Source: Octopus vulgaris
Lineage: Eukaryota
Assembly: GCA_951406725.2 (NCBI GenBank)
Contig: OX597822.1
Location: 96,472,001 to 96,536,000, forward strand
Direction: 5' to 3'
Length of the DNA: 64,000 nucleotides
Below, in pieces: positions 42,555 to 56,150 of the stretch; position 1 is the stretch's first letter, and every line of letters starts with the position of its first letter. The position numbers and the translations under genes are program-made. A model generated the notes under the pieces. The model saw only the letters and a list, made by a program, of their open reading frames with translations, did no database searches and had not been told where the DNA came from.

Positions 42555-42555
<1 letters not shown>
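41689..42555 (+). mobile_element. 5'-truncated Tx1/L1-clade LINE in (TATC)n with intact ORF2 C-terminus
   Basis: WQCYREALPVRDKLYRHG..CPRCSQSDETVLHALVQC (zf-RVT-type CCHC)..stop at 42185; pyrimidine-rich UTR with AATAAA. Confidence 0.88.
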
Positions 42556-42612
<57 letters not shown>

Positions 42613-43370
42613 CCTATCAATGTGTTTGAGTGTGTACGTGTATGTTTACTTAGCTATGGGCTTAAGAAGTTCGCTTGTCAAAAACAAGTTTTTGTGTTCG
42701 ATCCTACTGCTCGGAAATCATGGGCGAATGCTTTCCACCACGACCTCGGTACAACCAAAATCTGATATATAAAATTTGGTAGACGGAATCTATTTCAAAG
42801 CTAGTTAGCGGGACTATTCTTTTTTTTTTTTGCGGTGTGGTTGTAGACTTAACACGTCACCCAGTTTAACACCGCGATCTATTTGATACCTGGCTGCATT
42901 TAGCTCATTTCACACTATTTCAAGAATTCCGGCCAGGTCTTCAGCACAAGAAATCACTTCCGATCTTGTCCCCAAACCGGTCATAGAGGCTACAAAAATG
43001 GCCTCAGACTCTGCTTTCCCGCTCCTAACTAAACCCTAAATCTATGCGAGATAAAGGAAGGGACGTTTTGCGAAAAAGTGAGAGAAAGGTAAATTTGAAA
43101 GTCAAAGAAATACGCACAATATTTTGAGCCCGCTGATCCCTTTGAGCTGATCACATGTTAAAACTTGATCTCCTCCGAAACCATCCAAGTTTAAAAGTGT
43201 AAGTCGAAAAACGATTGTATTGAATCATCGAATTCAGAAGGATGTTATCTATGCATACGTACACATTAGTATGTATACACAAACACATACGCATATCTGT
43301 ATGTTGTATGTTGTCATATATATATATATATGTATGTATGTATATATATATATATGTATATATATATATG

Positions 43371-43423
<53 letters not shown>

Positions 43424-43504
43424 AGGTATATATACATATATACATATATATACACATACACAAAAACATGCATACTCATATATACTTGTATATATAAATA
43501 TATA

Positions 43505-43539
<35 letters not shown>

Positions 43540-43542
43540 GAT

Positions 43543-43577
<35 letters not shown>

Positions 43578-43820
43578 TTCATATCTGTCAATAGACAAAC
43601 ACGCACGCGCGCACACATGTACATATGTATCTCTGTGTGTGCGTGTGTGTGTGTGTGTGTGTGCATGTGTGTGTGTGTGTGTAAGTATATTAAGCACACA
43701 CGCACACTCACACACACATATGCATACAAATACGAAGAGAGCAACAGAAGGATAAGGAAAGGCGGTTTAAAGCATTTAGAGAAAGAAGGGACAGAGAGAG
43801 GGAGACAGACAGACAGAAAC

Positions 43821-43855
<35 letters not shown>

Positions 43856-43989
43856 GATGGAAACAGACAGACTCACAAAGACAGGAAGAGAAGACACATT
43901 CGTCATAGAGAAGCAATGACGTCATTGTGGTCAGCTGGAAAATATGATATTTTATAAAACAGAGACAAATAGGAACAGTGGCGAAGAAA

Positions 43990-44257
<268 letters not shown>

Positions 44258-44742
44258 AGACAGTCTCACAGTCAGACTGACAAACAGATAGAGAAAGAGA
44301 GTTTGAGAGAGACGGTGGTGATAGCATGCATAATAAAACGAGTGGGTGATAGTAAGAGATATGTGACTATGGAGGGATATTAAATGGAATTGATGTTGTT
44401 GAGTGTGAGTCACCAATCGAAGAGCTGAAGATTTTTATCAGCATTGAATAGAAGAAATTGTAACATCATCGACATCATTTTCCTTGCTATCACCACCGTC
44501 ACCATTGTCATCATTATCATCATCATCATCATCACCACTACCACCAAAACCACCATCATCACCAAAACCACCACCATCAGAAACACCGCCACCTTCATCA
44601 TCGGGGTCGTCGTCATAATGCGAGCCAACTAGAGAGGTGGTGAGAACAGTGAAGATTACGGAGACTGCTAGTATCGCATGAACGTTCTTAAAAATGGACA
44701 AGTAGTGGAACTTTCTGAGCCAAGTCAGAAGGTCCATTTTTA

Positions 44743-46593
44743 CGAAGGTGGGCTGAAAAGTTCATAGATTGATTATGCTAGAGCTGTGAAGTCTCGCATG
44801 CGTTAATTTCCACTCTTCTTATTAATAAACTAAATTGTTTCTTTCCAGGTAAACTGACACCTGACTCCTCAAAGAAGAATTCAAAAGTAACTAGTAACAA
44901 CTTCTCATGAAAGTCGACAAAATTTGGCATCATGGTGTTATGAGTTAATTTCAGTCAATGGTTTTAGTCCCTAACGAAATTCATATTGACCTAGTTGCCA
45001 CATTAGGGGATAACACTCCAGCTTTATCAACAGTGCAAAAGTGGGAAACTGAATTTAGTAGGGGAAGGGAAAGTCTTGAAGATGACCCAATGACTGAATG
45101 TCCTTCAACTGCCACCACCGAGGAAGACATTGATTGTATTCACCACCTGCTGATGGATGAACGGCGAACGACTATAAATCAAAAAGCCAAATGCTATTAG
45201 CAGATTCTGTGAGAAAGTTGAGAATATTCTGCACAACGAACTTGGCACGATGAACGTTTCTGCTCGGTGGGTGCCACATCTTCTGACACCTAATCAAGAG
45301 CACACCAAGCTGATCACATCATGGCAAAATCTGACATTGTTTCAGGCAGATCCAGCTAGTTTCCTCGAACGTTTCCTAACCAAAGATGAGTGTCGGCTTC
45401 ATCACTTTGAGCTAGAAACAAAAAGACAATTCAGGCAATGGAAACACCCCACAGCCCTCTGCTTCAAAGAAGACCAAAATCGTTTCAGCAGCAGAGAAGG
45501 TGATGTGTTCATTGACTATCTTCAAAAGAGCTATACCATCAATGGAAAGAACTACACCTACTTGCTGCGGCAGTTACGAAAGGCTATCAAGACCAAACAC
45601 CCAGGAAACCTGACGAAAGCGGTCCTGTTTCATCAGGATGACAATGCTCCAGCACACATGTCCTTGCTAACAATGGCTGCTATGTGAGAACTGGTTGATG
45701 TCTCTTCCTATTCTTCTGAGTTGGCATCCATCTGACTATCATCTGATCCCCAACATGAAAAAACACTTGATTGAGAACCAGTATCGCAGCGATGATGACT
45801 ACGATGAGCTGGCAGAAACGTTAGCACGCCGGGCGAAATGCGTAGCCGTATTTCGTCTGCCGTTACGTTCTGAGTTCAAATTCCGCCGAGGTCGACTTTG
45901 CCTTTCATCCTTTCGGGGTCGATTAAATAAGTACCAGTTACGCACTGGGGTCGATATAATCAACTTAATCCGTTTGTCTGTCCTTGTTTGTCCTCTCTGT
46001 GTTTAGACCCTTGTGGGTAGTAAAGAAATAGGTATTTCGTCTGCCGCTACGTTCTGAGTTCAAATTCCGCCGAGGTCGACTTTGCCTTTCATCCTTTCGG
46101 GGTCGATTAGATAAGTACCAGTTACGCACTGGGGTCGATGTAATCAACTTAATCCGTGTGTCTGTCCTTGTTTGTCCCCTCTGTGTTTAGTCCCTTGTGG
46201 GTAGTAAAGAAATAGGTATTTCGTCTGCCGCTACGTTCTGAGTTCAAATTCCGCCGAGGTCGACTTTGCCTTTCATCCTTTCGGGGTCGATTAGATAAGT
46301 ACCAGTTACGCACTGGGGTCGATGTAATCAACTTAATCCGTGTGTCTGTCCTTGTTTGTCCTCTCTGTGTTTAGCCCCTTGTGGGTAGTAAAGAAATTGA
46401 TATCATATCTGCTGTTGACCTAATTTTTTGACCAACAGAATGAAAGTTTCTTCACCAGTGGTATCCAAGCACTGCAACACCGATGTAAGAATTGTGTGAA
46501 CCGCAAGGGGTACTATGTTGAAAAATAAACGTCATTTGGTCATATTACACAAAAGTATCTTGTTCAGTCTATGACCTTTTCAACCGACCCTCG
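44743..46593 (+). mobile_element. Full-length degenerate mariner transposon interrupted by a SINE-C trimer
   Basis: TA TSD; TIRs CGAAGGTGGGCTGAAAAGTTCATAGA / TCTATGACCTTTTCAACCGACCCTCG; WVPHLL, FHQDDNAPAH and PSDYHL-PNMKKHL motifs with frameshifts. Confidence 0.92.
45803..46397 (+). mobile_element. SINE family C trimer
   Basis: Head plus three ~184-bp bodies. Confidence 0.92.
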
Positions 46594-46840
46594 TAGTTAA
46601 TATCTGAGTGGATATGGACCCCCTCCAGAGATATTTCTAACATTAATTTATTTTATTCATTCATTCTTTTTTCTTTCATTTATTCATTCGTTCATTTATT
46701 ACTGTTTTCAATAACTCGACTTTATGAACTTAGCAGATATATTTGTTGCGACAAATTTGTATTCGTCTTCAGAATAAGTATCAAAGATACAACGTGTCGT
46801 GACACGCTTCATCTTTGTGTTATGACGTTTTATATATATA

Positions 46841-47161
46841 GTGAGGGCGCGTGGCTTAGTGGTTAGGGCATTCGGCTCATGATCGTAAGGTTGTGAGTTC
46901 GATTCCCGGCGACGCGTTGTGTCCTTGAGCAAGACACTTTATTTCACGTTGCTCCAGTCCACTCAGCTGGCAAAAATGAGTTGTACTTGTATTTCAAAGG
47001 GTCAGCCTTGTCACTCTCTGTGTCACGCTGATTATCCCCGAGAACTACGTTAAGGGTACACGTGTCTGTGGAATGCTCAGCCATTTGCACGTTAATTTCA
47101 CGAGCAAGCTGTTCCGTTGATCGTATCAGCTGGGACCCTCGTCGTCGTAACTGGCGGAGTC
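46841..47161 (+). mobile_element. SINE with alternative head (B2) and family-B tail
   Basis: Head GGCGCGTGGCTTAGTGG..GTGTCCTTGAGCAAGACAC; tail shared with family B. Confidence 0.87.
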
Positions 47162-47817
47162 TTTTAATGACGTTTATATCATCAATTTGTTAGTACATAA
47201 CATGAATAATTTTTTTTGTAATTACGTGCACCCTATATATGTCATTACGTGTGTCACTTAAGTTACATTGCGTGTCGTATCATAAATTTGTAATCGCATA
47301 TTTTATCTGTCATGACATGTGTCATATGCGTCACTACATCCATCATTTACATGCCTTCACATGTGTCTTCATGCATCTTCTATATCATTACATGTATCAG
47401 GTATGTGTCATTACATGTATCCTTTATATAACGATACATGTATCATCTATTTCTCATAGCATGTGTCATCAATTTGTCATCGCTAGTATCACCAATGTGT
47501 CGTATTTCAAATTGTATCATCAATTTACCACCGCTTGTAATAATGACATGTATCTATGTGTGTCATCACATGTATCTGTTATTACATATATTTATTCCTT
47601 AACAATTTCATCATCTGTGTATTATCACATGCTGTATCTATGCGTCATTACATGCTGCATTCATGCGTCATCGCATCACTTTGTATCTGTGTGTTACCAC
47701 ATAAATTTATGCCTTAACAAGTTTATCATCTGTGCATCACCATACGCTGTATCTATGCGTCATCACATGTGTGTATTACGCATTATATGTTATATCTATT
47801 TGTCGTTATATATTATA

Positions 47818-48327
47818 CTAGCAGTATCGCCCGGCGTTGCTCGGGTTTGTAAGGGAAATAACTATATAAGCATTTTTAGAGAGTTACTTCCCTTATAGAT
47901 GCCAATTCGGGCTTTCTTAGCCATTTCTGTTTTGGTGTCTTCAAGCCATGAAGTCGTTGTTCTAAAAGAACGCTGGTCTCCTTGACAACGCATTACGACG
48001 TTGATTTCCTTACACTCCCTTCCCCACAGCTTCACGAGGGAGGGAAGGGGGAGAAGCAAACAGGTGCAGATGTGACCATGGACGCCAACTCCGCCGCCAT
48101 CGACACACGAAAAATTATGCATTAAAATGGAATAAAAAATTATGTTAAATTATTTTTAAAATCGTAGACTCATCGTAGACGCGCGCTAATAGCCAGACGG
48201 GCTCGATATTAATCACGACTATAAGATACCCAAATTTGGTTAAACTGCACCGCAAAATGTGGGAGGAGTTAGGAATCTAAATCGAAAGGGACAGACACTC
48301 ACACAACTACAGTTTTATATATATAGA
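47818..48327 (-). mobile_element. Non-autonomous Helitron (34557 subfamily)
   Basis: TC/CTAG termini, hairpin. Confidence 0.88.
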
Positions 48328-48538
48328 TGTGAGTCGTACTATCTTGTGATAAGGCAGCCTACATTCAAAAATGGAGTAAACGGACGTAGCTAACAGGGTT
48401 CAGTCACTCAGTATTGTTTTTATTAGATGTCTTAGGACTAAGTACTCGGTCAAAGCTAACTGGACAACGCACAACAATAACAAGAACAGTAGCAACAACA
48501 AATATAACAACAATAGAAATAACTGCATTAATATTGAT

Positions 48539-48749
48539 TTTAGGTTTTGGCACAAGACCGGCAATTTCGGGGGAGGGAATAAGTCGATTACATTGACCCC
48601 AGCGTTCATCTGGTACTTATTTTATCGATCCCGAAAGGATGAAAAGCAAAGTCGACTTCGACAGAATTTGAACTCAGAACGTAAAGTCGGATGAAATGCC
48701 GCTAAGCATTTTGTCCGGCGTGCTAAAGATTCTGCCAGCTCACCGCCTT
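48539..48749 (-). mobile_element. Old SINE-C-related copy
   Basis: Core match; flanked by AACTGCATTAATATT direct repeats. Confidence 0.8.
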
Positions 48750-49535
48750 AACAACTGCATTAATATTAAGAACAGCTCACAATTGTGACGACGGCAATAA
48801 GAATAACAACAACAAAAGTAACAGCAGCAACAAAAAACACACACAATAGTAATAACAACAACAATAGCAACAACAACCAACAAACCAATAATAGTAAGAA
48901 CAATATCAGTGACAATATAAAAAAATATATCAAAAGTTCTTTCTCGAGCCATAGAATCATAAGGCCGGAATTTTGGATTCTGCAATAATATATATTGCTT
49001 TCGAGGATACAAAACGAGTGGCAGGGGACCCCCAGCGATGGAGAGCACTGGTGGATCTGATGAGCTCCACGTATGATGAGGTCTCTGAGACTACTAACAT
49101 GGGATGACCGCCTGCCCCATCATGTAAAAGCAGTCCGTTGAAGGAATATTAATTTTAGCCAGCTTAGTGGACAGGATCAACGTGAAATGAAGTATTTTGC
49201 TCAAGAACACAACACGTAGCCCAGTCCAGGAATCGAAAGCACAATCTTATGACCATGAGCGCGACGCTCTAATCACTAAGCCATGCGCATCCACAAAGAT
49301 CCTTCCCAGCCATGGGCTCATAAAGTTTGTTTCCCAAATTCTGTGGCGTATATATATGTATATGTATATATACATAATTAAGGGATCAGCAAAAGCTGCT
49401 TCACCACATACCGAAAGCTAGAAATAGCAGTCAAACTACTAATTTTTCTACAACAATACACAGTAATACTTGTGACTCACATAGGCAAAAAGAAGAAAAA
49501 ATAACGAAACTAACCAGCCTTAGTTAATCATGTAC

Positions 49536-49620
<85 letters not shown>

Positions 49621-49711
49621 TATATTTATATATATATACCTATATATATATATACATATATATATGTAAATATATATATACCTATATATATATATACATA
49701 TATATATACTT

Positions 49712-49935
49712 TCAAAATGTGACCGCGTGTGTACCGTTGGCGATTTCTTTTCCTCTGTCTTCCCTTCTCTGGATCTTTCCTTCTCCTATGTTTCCGACGA
49801 AGAGCTCCGCTTGAAACGTTAAACCCTCCTTCTTTCCTTCTTTCCTGAGCGTCCAATAATACTATATTTGTTACACGTCCTCGCGTTGCTGTGTTTTTTG
49901 GTGTTTTTTTTTGCTTTCTTGTTTTGATTAACTAT
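49712..49935 (+). mobile_element. Penelope-type pseudo-LTR fragment between TA tracts
   Basis: Reverse complement of 17160-17385. Confidence 0.65.
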
Positions 49936-50371
49936 ATATATACATACACAGGATGCCGATCCGTCGCAAGATTACTCACTTTTGCCAGCTGATTGGATTT
50001 GAGCAGCAGCGTGAAATGGAGTGTTTTGCTCATAAACACAACGCATCGCTCTGTCCAGGAATCGAAACCACAATCTTACGATCATGAATGCGACGCGCTG
50101 ACCACTAAGCAAGGCATCTCCACTTAAAGACATCTATAATAACTATAAGAGCGGCAGTAACAACTGCAACCCACAACAAAATTCCACAGCAACAATATTA
50201 ACGATCCACAGCAACAACGACGACCCACGAATCCATAACAGTAACAACAACAGCGTTGATTAGTGATAAAGTTTCCATCCTTAACGTGGGCTCCTACATG
50301 GAAAGACACACTTCTTAAGAGGGAAAAGATTGCAACAGATAACATTAAAATACGGTAATATTTCACCATTT

Positions 50372-50602
50372 AGGCGGCGAGCTGGCAGAAACGTTAGCAC
50401 ACCAGGCGAAACGCCCATCGGTATTTCGTCTGCCGCTACGTTCTGAGTTCAAATTCCGCCGAGGTCGACTTTGCCTTTCATCCTTTCGGGTCGATAAATT
50501 AAGTACCAGTTAAGCACTGAAGTCGATGTAATCGACTTAATCCGTTTGTCTGACCTTATTTGTTCTCTCTATGTTTAGCCCCTTGTGGGCAGTAAAGAAA
50601 TA
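50372..50602 (+). mobile_element. SINE family C
   Basis: 17-bp TSD GGTAATATTTCACCATT. Confidence 0.92.
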
Positions 50603-52371
50603 GGTAATATTTCACCATTGGTGACTGCGAAGTTGTGTACTCTAATGGTTTTTTGTGTTGGCTCAAGAGTTCGCTTCCTAGACCGAGTGGCGCGTTGTAT
50701 CCTTAATCAAAGTTCTACATTTCACTTTACTGCAATCTACTGGGCTAAAATGAGAGCCAGATTTGTCCCAATACAGCCCGCTTTCCTGCCAACCGTTAAA
50801 ACCTCGCTGTTCAGTTTGGTGAAGGGGTATGAGGACAGAGTGGGGGTCTATGCCTGATTACGATTACATAAACACCTAAAAAGCGTGGTATATATTATCA
50901 GACGAACCTGGCTTGCGAGCTATAACTATGGTTTGGTAAATGTTTGAGTTAGAAACGTCAGAACGTTTAATAAAATGTCTTGAAATATCTAATTACAGTT
51001 TGTTTGCTTTTTGGCATCAAATAGAAAGGAATAAAATAAATACGAGACTAAAATGCCACTAGGCATTTTGTCCAGCGGACTAACGATTCTGCTAGCACAA
51101 CGCCATTCTTTTTTTTTTTTTTTTCCATTTCTGTTAGGAAATTAGTACGAGCTTGATTTAGGAAAATGAGCCATTAAGACTGACATGTGTCCCAAAATGG
51201 ATTAATAGATTGCAACTGTTATTTTTCGGGCAGAATTTTTAACATGCCAGGCAAAATACTTCCAAAAATTTCCTCCGACTTCACGTTCTGAGTTCAAATG
51301 CTGCCGAAGTAGATTTTGCCTTTCACCCTTTCGGGATCGATAAAGTACGTACCAATTGAGCACTGGGGTCGATGTAATCGAATTACCCACCTACATACGA
51401 AATTTCTGGCCTTATGCCCAAATTTGATTTTGGCTGTTCTAATTCCGCGGAGGTCGATTTTCCCTTTCATCCCTTTCGAGGTCGATAAAATATGTACCAG
51501 TTGAGCACTGAATCGATGTAATCCCGAAATTGCTGGCCTTGTGCCAAAATATGAAATCAATATTCTAGTAATTAATACTAATTATAATACTCTCAGCAGG
51601 AGCTTATGTAGTTTAGTAAGGTCAGCCATGGAAAAAAATCATTTCATTTTCACTCCAACATCCAAGAAAGATATTACAGTAATATTTCAGTAATGAGTCA
51701 CGCCTGGTCTAAAATAAAATGTCCGCGACACTTCGTATGTACTGACGACACACCTAGAATTCTATTAATTGTTTAGGGCTGTAAACAGAACAAAGAATAC
51801 CAGCATTAGCCTTTATTCGTATTGGAGCATCGGAGACAGACTTGTTTATCTCCATAAAACAAAAGCACTTCCAATACTTTTGATGGTACAGTTTTACTTA
51901 CTATACCGTAAGTAATCAATGTCAATTACTTTTACTAAAATTTTACCGTAATAAGGAACTGCTGCAGTCTTATTTAGTCTGTGCCCACCTTTAATAAAGT
52001 AGAGTCGTGGATCTCCGTTGGTTTCGACGATGACGATGCTATCGAGCGATCATCTGAGTTGCTCATTCATAGAATTAGCGTTGAAGTAGTTGTGCATTCT
52101 GCAGATATGCATCCTTGACGAAATCTTTTAGCAGAATTATAGTATAAGAAAGTGTGTGAAAAGGCTGTAGCTGCAAATGTAAGAGATGATCCACCCAACG
52201 GGTTCCTCCAGTTTCTGCCCTTCAAATTCACTCACAAGACTTGGTTCGAATCATGGCAAAGATAAATTGCATTTGTTCAAGATGTCACGTAGAGGGACCG
52301 AATCTAGGACCTCGTGATTGCGAAGCGAATTTCTTACCCATTCTGCCACTCTACATCCACTGAATTTTGTG

Positions 52372-52687
52372 AAGGCAGAGTGGTTAGGCAACTTGGCTTA
52401 CGATCGTAAGGTCGCGAGTTCGATTCCTGGCGGCACTTTATGTCCTTGAGCAAAGCACTTAATTTCCCCCTGTTCCAGTTCACTCAGCTGGCAAAAATTA
52501 AGAGTACTTGCATTCCAAAGGGCCAACCTTGTTACATTCCGTGTCATGCTGATGAATCTCGCTGAGAACTACATTAAAAGTACGCGTGTCTGTGGAGTGC
52601 TCAGCCACTTGCACGTTAATTTCACGAGCAGGCTGTTCCGTTGATTAGACCAACTAGAACCCACGTCGTCGCAACCGACGGAGTGCT
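52372..52687 (+). mobile_element. Diverged B2-head SINE
   Basis: Homologous to 46841-47161. Confidence 0.8.
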
Positions 52688-52840
52688 AGTATTTCTATTC
52701 ACCAGGCTTTAACATTTGCTATATTAATTATCAATTTCTTTTAGGTAATCAATAACGTGTTCAATATTACATCATTTTTTTTAAAATCAAAGGAGAGCAA
52801 ACATGCCGTCCGTCCTACTATGTATAACTTCACAATCTAA

Positions 52841-53235
52841 TCTTTATATATAAAAGTGAAGTTGTGTGCCTGTCTCCTACGATTTAGATTCCTAACTACT
52901 CCCACATTTTGCGGTGCAGTTTAACCAAAACCGGGTATCTTATAGTCGTGATTCATATCGAGCCCTTCTGGGTATTAGCGCGCGTCTACGATGAGTCTAC
53001 GGTTTTAAAAATAATTTACCAACATTTTCTTCCATTTTAATGCATTTTTTCGCTATTATATAAGGGAAGTAACTCTCTAAAAATGTCTACGATGAGTCAA
53101 CGATTTAAAAAAATTTACCATCATTTTTTTCCATTTTTAATGCATTTTTTTGCTATTTTTTGGCTATAACTCTCTAAAAATGCTTATATAGTTATTTCCC
53201 TTACAAACCCGAGCAACGCCGGGTGATACTGCTAG
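52841..53235 (+). mobile_element. Non-autonomous Helitron (28362 subfamily)
   Basis: A|TC..CTAG|T with hairpin. Confidence 0.88.
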
Positions 53236-53602
53236 TATTATATATAACCTAACCAGTATGTCTACATTCATATATATATATATCATTTTCCCTATTATTA
53301 CATTATCTATGCTCCAAGGGGATTATTTTCATTGACAATGAAAGATTCCACAGCAACAAGAATAGAATCAATCAGTCCGTCCATTCATTCATCCATTCAT
53401 CCATCAGTCATCAAATTCAAACACTGTTCCTGCCAAAGAAATCGATATTGCATCATTGATATAAGTGGGGAAAATATCTATGTCATGTAACATATAGGAT
53501 TCTTACTGAAACCGAAATCTTCGCTCTATTTAAAGAATCAATAAATGTAAATATATATGAAGGTGTTTATCTATAAATAGCCATTAGGCTTGCAGAGACG
53601 AG

Positions 53603-53670
<68 letters not shown>

Positions 53671-53956
53671 CTCTCTTTCTGTGTGGGGTAAGATTCGGTA
53701 AACTAACACGCGCGAGCATGAGCGTATGCAGAGCCGTAGGAAGCTAGATCGTCATGTATTATATAAATATGTATATATGCGCACGTGTATGTATGTATGT
53801 ATGTATGTATGTATGTATGTATGTATGTATGTATGTATGTATGTATGTATGTATGCATGTATGTATGTATGTATGTATGTATGTATGTATGTATGTATGT
53901 GTGTGTGTGTGTGTTAATGTGTAGTGCCTGGGCAGGTGATATATATACTCTTTCTC

Positions 53957-54345
53957 TCTTTTACTCTTTTACTTGTTTCAGTCATTTGACTGCGGCCATG
54001 CTAGAGCACCGCCTTTAGTCGAGCAAATCAACCCCGGGACTTATTCTTTGTAAGCCCAGTACTTATTCTATCGGTCTCTTTTGCCGAACCGCTAAGTGAC
54101 GGGGACGTAAACACACCAGCATCGGTTGTCAAGCAATGCTAGGGGGGGGACAAACACACACACACATACATATATATACATATATACGACAGGCTTCTTT
54201 CAGTTTCCGTCTACCAAATCCACTCACAAGGCATTAGTCGGCCCGGGGCTATAGTAGAAGACACTTGCCCAAGATGCCACGCAGTGGGACTGAACCCGGA
54301 ACCATGTGGTTGGTTAGCAAGCAACTTACCACACAGCCACTCCTG
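53957..54345 (-). mobile_element. SINE family A
   Basis: Full-length reverse-complement match. Confidence 0.92.
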
Positions 54346-54998
54346 TATATAATAAATCTTTGAGCGAGGTATAAACAGTAGCTGTACGACATTGTGAAGT
54401 ATATTTGCCACTTAAATTTGGCTAAGCCCTAAGGGTGGATGCTACAAGGGTGGGGCTACAAGCTACAGTAGCATCCACTCATAGGGGTTAGCCACATTTA
54501 AGTGGAAAATGTACATCACAATATATGTATATTTCTACATAAATACATATGTGTGTGTGTGTATGTACGTATGTATGTACATATATGTTTGTGCGTATAT
54601 GTGTTTGTATGTATGCATGCAGGTACGTATGAATGCATACATACATATACTCACACACACACATATATGATATATATGTGTGTGTGTGAGTATATATGTA
54701 TGTATTATGTATCACATAACATAAACGTGAATCTGTCATATATATTTCGCCCTACACGAAATTGACGTTGAAAAGACTTGTACGTGTGTGTGTGTGTGCG
54801 CGCGCGTGTTTGAGGGTGTGTGTGTGTATGTGTGTGTATATGTAAATACATAAAAATATTGTATAACATAACATAATTTCGGGAATTTTTTTTTTGCTCC
54901 TTCATCAGCATCAATCTAACCCATTAATCATCTACGAATTCATTGCTTAAATAGCCACTAAATAGCCTGAAATATGTCAATATTTAATTATTGATGGG

Positions 54999-55089
54999 GG
55001 TCCTATGCTGAAGAGGAAAACGGTTGGTAACGTATAATTCTATATTCTTTATTCCATTCTAATTCCGAAACGCGCGTCCATAGGTGACC
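54999..55089 (+). ncRNA. Canonical type I hammerhead ribozyme (Penelope-associated minimal type)
   Basis: Stem I CCTATG/CATAGG, core CTGAAGA, stem II GGAA/TTCC, GAAAC, palindromic GCGC stem III, GTC triplet (cleavage after 55078). Confidence 0.85.
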
Positions 55090-55367
55090 AGATATTGATT
55101 GATTTTCGTTACTTTTTCCTCTCTGCCTGTGTGGATTGTTTTCAAGTATTTTGGTTTTTCAGGGAGTCCCTTTTTAAAGTAGAAGAAATAGCTAACGTTT
55201 TTTGGCTGCTATTTCTAAACTTCGGTATGTGGTAAAGCAAATCTTTGCTGAACCCTAATTATTAACTATTACTTAAGTTTACCATGAAATGGTCCTTTTT
55301 TCATGCCAAATTCTACTTGGTAAAATTATTGATTACTTCCTAATTAATTAATTTTACCCTTTGTTAT

Positions 55368-55408
<41 letters not shown>

Positions 55409-55456
55409 GTATGTATATGTATATATATATATATATGTATGTATATGTATATATAT

Positions 55457-55512
<56 letters not shown>

Positions 55513-55533
55513 ATGTATATATATATATATATG

Positions 55534-55609
<76 letters not shown>

Positions 55610-55900
55610 TAAGATAGGATAAAATTTTTCGAAAAAAGTTTTATCAATGGCCAGCATATTAAAAAATACCTTTAAAGGTTAAATTTATAAATAACTTATA
55701 AGACAAGAGCAAAAGAAAAATTTCTAATGCCAAATATGCCGAAAATAGACAAATTGTCAATAACCATTATAATGTATCACTATTAACATGCGTCTCGAAA
55801 CTAGCCGACAGAAATTTCTAAAAAATACCGTTATTACCGTATTGGTCCCAATTTCAGAGTTAATTCATAAGAATTTTCTCCTCGTCAGCGATAAATACGT
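55610..55900 (-). mobile_element. Penelope-type pseudo-LTR with a decayed hammerhead
   Basis: Minus strand CTGACGAGGAG..TTTCGAGACGCATGTT; its 3' end is homologous to the insert at 10608-10707. Confidence 0.55.
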
Positions 55901-56042
55901 AAGACATAAAGGAAATACTTACTCATACCCATGGAAAAAGCAAGCACTAACGTCCTAACAAAATCACTGCTGGCTATAATTTCTACAGAAAATCTGTAGA
56001 TATAGCAACCATAACAAGTTAGAGTAATCGATGCACACACAC

Positions 56043-56079
<37 letters not shown>

Positions 56080-56086
56080 GATATAC

Positions 56087-56150
<64 letters not shown>

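Noticed and set aside
47239-47898. 219-aa Cys/His-rich ORF
   Set aside because: Decayed low-complexity CATCACATGTGT-like repeat that runs into a Helitron end
49055-49100. Hammerhead candidate CTGATGAGCTC
   Set aside because: No GAAA or stem III partner; the region reads as an RTE C-terminus (AGDPQRWRALV)
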